A program made the position numbers and the translations under genes. Positions 6,201 through 11,567 of a DNA stretch of 11,567 nucleotides are shown one piece after another. Under the pieces are notes generated by a model that was not told the origin of the DNA, ran no database searches, and saw only the letters and a program-made list of their open reading frames with translations. The number at the start of each line of letters is the position of its first letter. Within the stretch, counting starts at the first letter, position 1. The DNA is from Fonticula alba ATCC 38817 (taxonomy: Eukaryota > Protista > Nucleariida): NCBI GenBank assembly GCA_000388065.2, contig KB932236.1. One strand, written 5' to 3'.

Positions 6201-9200
6201 CGGGCACCTGCTCCTGGGGGACCGCTGCACGCCGGCCTGCCCCGGGGGGACCTTCCTCGAGGGGGCGGCCTGCCGGGCGTGCGGGCCCGGCTGCGCGGCC
6301 TGCGCCGCGGCCGGGGGGGCCTGCACGGCCTGCGCCCCGGGGGCGTACCTGCGCGAGGGGGCGTGCTACCCCGGCCCCGGGCCGTGCGGCGCCTGCCCGG
6401 AGGGCGAGCTGGCCTGGGAGGGCGCCTGCCACCGGGACTGCCCGGCCGGGGCATACCCCTACGGCGGGTCCTGCTGGGCATGCGCCCCGGGCTGCGCCGC
6501 CTGCCGGTCGGCCAACCGGTGCACGGCCTGCGCCGGCGAGCTGGCCCTCCACGCGGGGGCCTGCGTGGCCGGCTGCCCGGCGGGGACCTTCGCCGCCGGG
6601 GGGGCGTGCCAGGCCTGCGCGGCCGGCTGTGCCGGCTGCACCGCGGCCGACCGGTGCACCGCCTGCGCCGGCGGGCTGGTCCTGCGCCAGGGGGCCTGCG
6701 TGGCCGACTGCCCGGCGGGGGAGTATGCCCTGGCCGGGGTGTGCCGGGCGTGCGCGGCCGGGTGTGCCGGCTGCACCGCGGCCGACCGGTGCACCGCCTG
6801 CCCCGAGGGCCGGGTGCTCCATGCCTCGGGCCAGTGCCAGGAGGCCTGCCCGCCGGGGGAGTATGCCCTGGCCGGGGTGTGCCGGCCGTGCGCGGCCGGG
6901 TGCCTGGCGTGCGTGGCGGCCGGCGGCTGCACCGCCTGCGCCGGGGGCCTGGTGCTGCACGAGGGCCACTGCGCCGGGGCCTGCCCGGTGGGCAGCTTCC
7001 TCGGGCCGGGGGCCGTCTGCACCCGGTGCCTGGACTCGTGCGCGTCGTGCCTGACCCTCGGCCAGTGCACCGCCTGCGCGCGGGGCTTCTTCCTGCACGA
7101 GGGCCTCTGCCTGGGCAGCTGCCCGGTCGGGACCTTCGCCAGGGCCGGGGCCGCGGAGTGCGCCGCCTGCGCGGCCGGCTGCCAGCAGTGCACCTCGGCC
7201 ATCGACTGCGGCCGGTGCGCGGCCGGGTGGGTCCTGCACCGGGGCGTGTGCGTGGCCGGCTGCCCGGCCGGCACTTTCAACCCGGGCAGCGCGCAGTGCG
7301 TGGCCTGCCCGGCCGGCTGCGCCGCCTGCGCCCCGGGGGCCGGGTGCACCGCCTGCCAGGAGGGGCTGCTCCGGCACGAGGGCGCCTGTGTGGCGGCCTG
7401 CCCGGGCGGCATGTTCCCGGCGGCCGGCGCCTGTGACGCCTGTCCGGCGGACTGCGCGGCCTGCACCTCGGCCGCGGCCTGCACCCGGTGCCAGCCCCGG
7501 CGGTATCTGGAGGGCGGGGTGTGTCGGTTTTGTCAAAATGGCTGCGACGGGTGCACCTCCGGCGCTGACTGCGTGAACTGCGCCCCGGGCAAGGTCATGC
7601 ACGAGGGCGCGTGCCTGGCCGACTGCCCGGCCGGGACCTTCCCCTCGGGCGGGGCCTGCCAGGCGTGCGGGCCCGGCTGCGCGGAGTGCATCTCGGCCGA
7701 GCACTGCGTCGCCTGCCCGGCGGGGACGCTCCTGCACCGGGGGGCGTGCGTGTCCGGCTGCCCGGCCGGGAGCTTCCCCTCGGGCGGGGCCTGCGAAGGG
7801 TGCCCGCCCGGCTGCAGCACCTGCTCCTCGGCCGGCCGCTGCACGTCCTGCCCGGCGGGGGCGATTCTCCACGCCGGCGGGTGCTTCGCCGACTGCCCGG
7901 CCGGGACCTTCGCCGCCGGGCACTCCTGCATGGACTGCGACCGGGGGTGCGACACGTGCACCTCGCGCGACCGGTGCACCAGCTGCCTGGCGGGCCTGCA
8001 CCTGGCGGCCGAGGTGTGCGTGGCCGGCTGCCCGGCCGGGACCCTTCCCACGGGGGAGGGCGCGTGCCGGGCCTGCGCGGACGGGTGCGCCCGGTGCGCC
8101 TCGGCCGGCGAGTGCGCCGACTGTGCCTTCGGGCTGCTGCTGCACGGGGGGCAGTGCGTGCGAAGCTGCCCGGCGGGGACCTTCGCCGCCGGGGTGGCCT
8201 GCCAGGCGTGCGGGCCCGGCTGCGCGGCCTGCGCCTCGGCCGACCGGTGCACCGCCTGCCGCGAGGGCAGCTACCTGGCGGCCGGCCGGTGCGACCGGTG
8301 CCCCGGCGGGTGTGCCCGGTGCGACGGGCCGCTGGCGTGCGCCGCCTGCCAGCCGGGGTACTTCCGGTCGGCCGAGTCCGGGGCCGGGATGCCCTGCGTG
8401 GCCAGCTGCCCGGCCGGCGAGGTGGCCATGCCGGAGTCGATGGCCTGCCAGGCATGCCGGCCGGAGTGCCTCCTGTGCGCCGGCCGGCCGGAGGAGTGCC
8501 TCCTGTGCGCCGAGGGGTATGGCTGGGGCGCGGGCGGCCGGTGCCTGGCCTGCCCGGCCGGCTGTGCCACGTGCGTGCACTCGGCGGCCGGGCAGCCGGC
8601 CCGGTGCCTGAGCTGCCGGGCGGGCTTCTGGCTGGGCCCGGCCGGGGCCTGCGAGGCGTCCTGCCCGGTGGGGTGGTTTGCCGATGCGGACGCCGGCCCC
8701 GGCCCGGGGGCCGGGCCCGGCGGCCAGTGCCAGCCCTGCGCCATCGGGTGCACCGGGTGCACCGGGCCCGAGCCGGACCGGTGCACGGCCTGCGCGCATG
8801 GGCTGGACCTGCGCCCGGAGCCCGGGGCCGGGGCCACTTGCCAGTCGGACTGCCCGGCCGGGCGGTACCGGTCCGGGCCCGGGGCCTGTGACCCCTGCCA
8901 CGGGGCATGCTCCGCCTGCAATGGGCCCACGGATGGCGACTGCTGGCTGTGCGCCGGGGCCCTGGTGCAGGATGGCCAGTGCGTGCAGCACTGCGCCCCG
9001 GGGCATGTGCCGGTCGGGGGCCGGTGCCTGGCGTGCCACCCCTCGTGCGGCATGTGCACCGGCACGCGCAGCACCGAGTGCGCCACCTGCGCCGGGGGGC
9101 TGCTGGCCATGCCGGCGGCCGGGGACGCGGGCCCGGGCCGGTGCGTGGCCGGGTGCCCGGCCGGCTTCCGGCCGACGGCCGACGGGCAGGCATGCGCCCC

Positions 9201-9293
9201 CTGCGGCGACCGGTGCCTCCGGTGCCCGGACGCCGGCGGCCTGGCCCAGTGCCAGGTGTGCGAGCGCGGGTGGGTCCTGGCGCCGGGGTCGCC

Positions 9294-9324
<31 letters not shown>

Positions 9325-11473
9325 CCGGCCCAGTGCCTGGAGTCCTGCCGGCCGGGCGAGGCCCCGGTCGGGGCGTCGTGCGCCGCGTGCGACGAGGCGT
9401 GCGCCACGTGCGAGGCCCCGGGCCGCGGCTGGTGCCTCACCTGCCCGGCCGGCATCCGGCTCCATGAGGGGGCCTGCGTGGAGCGGTGCCCGGCCGGGAC
9501 CTTCGCCGACCGGGCCAGCCGGTGCCAGCCCTGCCACCGGGAGTGCGGGCCGGCGTGCGGCGGCCCCGGGCCCGAGGACTGCCTGGCCTGCCCGGCCGGC
9601 CGGGTGCTCCACCGGGGGGCCTGCCTGGCCGAGTGCCCGGCCGGGTTTTACGCGCGGGCGGGCGGCTGTGCGGCCTGCCACGCCGAGTGCCGGGGCTGCA
9701 TTGGGCCCGGCCCGGGGGCGTGCACCGCCTGCGCCGAGGCCCGGCTGCTGCTGCCGGACCCGGGGCCCACCGGGGCCGGGGGCTGTGTGGACGCCTGCCC
9801 GGCCGGGCACTTTGCCTGTGCCGGGGCCGGGCAGTGTGGCCGGTGTCCGGCCGGGTGCCTGGCATGCCGGGCCGGGCCGGCGGCCGACGCGCCCGGGCCC
9901 TGTCGGCCGGGTGACTGCACGGCCTGCGGCCCGGGGCTGGTGCTTGCCCGGGCCCCGGCCCGGTGCCTGGACGCCTGCCCGGCCGGGGAGTTCCTGCCGG
10001 CGGAGGAGCCGAGCCCCGGGCCGGGGGAGGGCCCCCGGTGCGCGGCCTGCGCGCCGGAGTGCGGCACCTGCCGGCACGCGGCCGACCGGTGCACCTCCTG
10101 CCCCGGCGAGGGGGGCCTGGCCTGGCTGGACGCGGCCACCGGCCGGTGTGCCGCGGCCTGCGACGCCCCGGGCCAGGTGCCGTACGAGTGGCCCCCGGCC
10201 GAGGGGGACGCCTGGCCGGGCCCGGTGGCTCGAGTGTGTCTGTCCTGCGGGCCCGGGTGCGAGGTGTGCCGGGTGGCGGACGCTCGGCCGCCGGGCGGCG
10301 CGTGCTGGCTCCTGCCCGGCGGCGGGGTGTCCTGCCCGGTGGAGCCGGAGTGCCGGCGCTGCCGGGGGGGCTTGCTTCTGGGCCCGAGCCCGGGCGGGCC
10401 GGCCTGCATGGAGGCCTGCCCGGCCGGGCACTTCGCCGACTGGGCCGGCGCCCCGGCCGGCTGTGTGGCCTGCGAGCCCGGGTGCGCGGCATGCACGGGC
10501 CCCGGGCCGGAGGGGTGCGCCGGGCCGGGCCCGGGGCCCGAGCGCCCGGCCGGCCGGTCCGTCGGGCTGGCCCTCGGGCTGGGCCTCGGCGGGGGGCTGG
10601 CCCTGCTGCTGCTGGTCCTGGCCGGGGGGCTGGTCCTGCTGGCCGGGCGCCGGCGCCGTGCCCGGGCCGCCGGCAAGCCGGCCGACCGGCTGGGCCTCGG
10701 TGCTGCCGAGGCCGAGGCCACCATCCTCAACACCATCATGGAGCTGTCGCTGCCGGGCAGCGCCCTGGTCTGCCTGGACCGGGAGTTCCACCTGCTGCCG
10801 GGGGAGCCCCTCGGGGCCGGGACCCAGGCGACGGTGGTGGCCGGCCGGCCGGCCGACGCCGGCACCCGCCAGCGGCTGGGCTGCCCGACCACGGTGGCCG
10901 TCAAGCGCCTGTCGCTGGACACCGGCCCCGGCGACCTGGGCATGGCCCTCTTCCAGAATGAAATCTCCCTCATGTGGCTGCTCCGGGGGGCGCCGCATGT
11001 GGTGCGCATCTTCGGCTACAGCGAGCCCCCGGCCCCGGCCATCATCATGGACCGGTTCCAGGCCGACTTGCAGGGGCTCCTGGACTCGGACATGCCCCTG
11101 GGCCCGGCCGACATGCTGGGCATCTGCCTGCAGTGGGGTACGCATGGCCGGCGGCCGAGGGCGCGCGCGATGCACGCTTCGGCCGCCGCCGCCGCCGCCG
11201 CCGACGGGAATCCGCCTTTCTGACACACCCTGCTCATGGCCCGGACGCGCGCGCCGGCCAGCCACCGGCCTGGAGGCCATGCATGGGCATGATGTGGCCC
11301 ACTGCGACCTGAAGCCGGGCAACGTGCTGGTGCGCCAGCCCGAGTCCGGCAAGTGGTACGCGGCCCTGGGGGACTTGGGCACGGCCAGGAGCCTGTCCAC
11401 GGCCCGGGTGTCGGCCATGCTGACCAGCCCGCCGGAGGTCAACGTCATGACGGCTCCCTATGCGTCGCCGGAG
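3033..11473 (+). CDS. Giant furin-like Cys-repeat transmembrane receptor Ser/Thr (TKL-like) kinase; join(3033..3265,3420..11137,11262..11473), 3'-partial, at least 2721 aa
   Basis: The exons sum to 8163 nt, an exact 2721 codons, joined by GT-AG introns with compatible phases. The product has a signal peptide, about 50 Cys-rich repeats, a TM helix followed by RRRR, and kinase motifs GAGTQATV, VAVK, NE, HCDLKPGN, DLG and SPE. Kinase subdomains IX-XI lie beyond the window. Confidence 0.88.
3266..3419 (+). other. Intron 1 (phase 2, 154 nt)
   Basis: Donor GA|GTGCGT, branch-like TACTGAC at 3362-3368, acceptor CAG|G at 3417-3419. Splicing gives ...GCTVYDRMLEECLVCEAGFFL..., which is in register with the repeat. 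Confidence 0.72.
3420..10520 (+). repeat. Coding tandem array of about 50 furin-like (FU) cysteine-rich repeats; canonical unit 45-46 aa / 135-138 nt with 8 Cys
   Basis: Example unit: CPAGTFPSGGSCQACGPGCAECTSAEHCVACPAGTLLHRGACVSG. The Cys spacing Cx3Cx2Cx5Cx2C..Cx3C..Cx2C matches the FU repeats of PCSK5 and R-spondins. I counted about 51 units by hand. Confidence 0.9.
9298..9324 (+). repeat. (GGC)9 coding trinucleotide repeat, poly-Gly loop insertion
   Basis: Nine consecutive GGC codons inside a membrane-proximal repeat. Confidence 0.9.
10561..10647 (+). other. Transmembrane helix region of the receptor kinase
   Basis: VGLALGLGLGGGLALLLLVLAGGLVLLAG followed by the basic stop-transfer stretch RRRRAR, giving type I topology. 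Confidence 0.88.
11138..11261 (+). other. Intron 2 (phase 1, 124 nt) containing (GCC)7 at 11182-11202
   Basis: Donor G|GTACGC, CTGAC at 11220-11224, acceptor CAG|CC. Splicing gives ICLQW-A-TGLEAMH...HCDLKPGN and removes the stop at 11221-11223. Confidence 0.9.
11262..11473 (+). CDS. Exon 3: kinase catalytic loop and activation segment (absent from the ORF track)
   Basis: Reads TGLEAMHGHDVAHCDLKPGNVLVRQPESGKWYAALGDLGTARSLSTARVSAMLTSPPEVNVMTAPYASPE. Confidence 0.9.
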
Positions 11474-11567
11474 GTGTGTGATCCTGCCTTTGCGTCGCTT
11501 GTGTGTTGGTGTGTTGGTGTGTTGGTGTGTGTGTGTGCGTGTGTGCGTGTGCGTGTGTGCGTGTGTG
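11474..11567 (+). other. Start of intron 3 (phase 0), runs off the window
   Basis: Donor GAG|GTGTGT immediately after the SPE motif. An in-frame TGA follows and the sequence becomes low-complexity. Confidence 0.75.
11501..11567. repeat. Compound microsatellite (GTGTGTTG)3 + (GT/GC)n
   Basis: Directly visible low-complexity repeat inside the putative intron 3. Confidence 0.9.

Larger units (their letters stand above)
10810..11473 (+). other. Protein kinase domain, subdomains I-VIII (interrupted by intron 2)
   Basis: Gly loop LGAGTQATV (10810), VAVK Lys (10903), alphaC Glu (10960), HCDLKPGN (11300), DLG (11372) and YASPE (ends 11473). Confidence 0.92.

Noticed and set aside
3535-8150. Recurrent His in the LHxGxC motif as a metal-binding site
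   Set aside because: It is present in roughly two-thirds of the distal units, but similar residues are common at this position in ordinary furin-like repeats. The Cys pattern fits disulfides, and homogenisation explains the recurrence.
11138-11223. Apparent C-terminus GTHGRRPRARAMHASAAAAAAADGNPPF* suggesting a truncated pseudokinase
   Set aside because: This is intron 2 read-through. Splicing restores the catalytic loop and activation segment.
3420-11312. Numerous 60-811 aa ORFs in the other frames overlapping the kinase gene
   Set aside because: These are shadow ORFs of a repetitive, very GC-rich CDS, with Arg/Pro/Gly-rich translations and no recognisable motifs.
3310-11448. 2712-aa antisense ORF
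   Set aside because: It is in exact codon register with the sense frame of exon 2. It stays open because the GC-biased sense gene avoids TTA, CTA and TCA codons. The product is low-complexity Ala/Gly/Arg/Pro with no domain.

Overview
Eukaryotic, very GC-rich genomic window from a draft scaffold, with two N gaps. Bases 1-3000 are mostly non-coding. They hold a 14/28-bp minisatellite (81-249), a tRNA-Lys(CTT) on the minus strand (946-1018) whose second copy lies in an exact repeat across an N gap, and a divergently oriented tRNA-Arg(ACG) on the plus strand (1458-1531). Bases 3033-11567 hold one spliced plus-strand gene, 3'-truncated by the window, with exons 3033-3265, 3420-11137 and 11262-11473. 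It encodes a giant single-pass receptor kinase of at least 2721 aa: signal peptide, about 50 tandem furin-like Cys-rich repeats, a TM helix, a juxtamembrane segment and a TKL-like Ser/Thr kinase with a non-RD (HCD) catalytic loop. The ORF track misses both the signal-peptide exon and the catalytic exon. The repeat array shows recent long-range duplication, a one-unit indel with a 12-nt breakpoint, and mosaic half-repeat homogenisation. From memory, and not verified by any search, the architecture and kinase motifs resemble the expanded Cys-repeat TKL kinases annotated in the amoeba Fonticula alba. The many other long ORFs are GC/codon-bias shadows.
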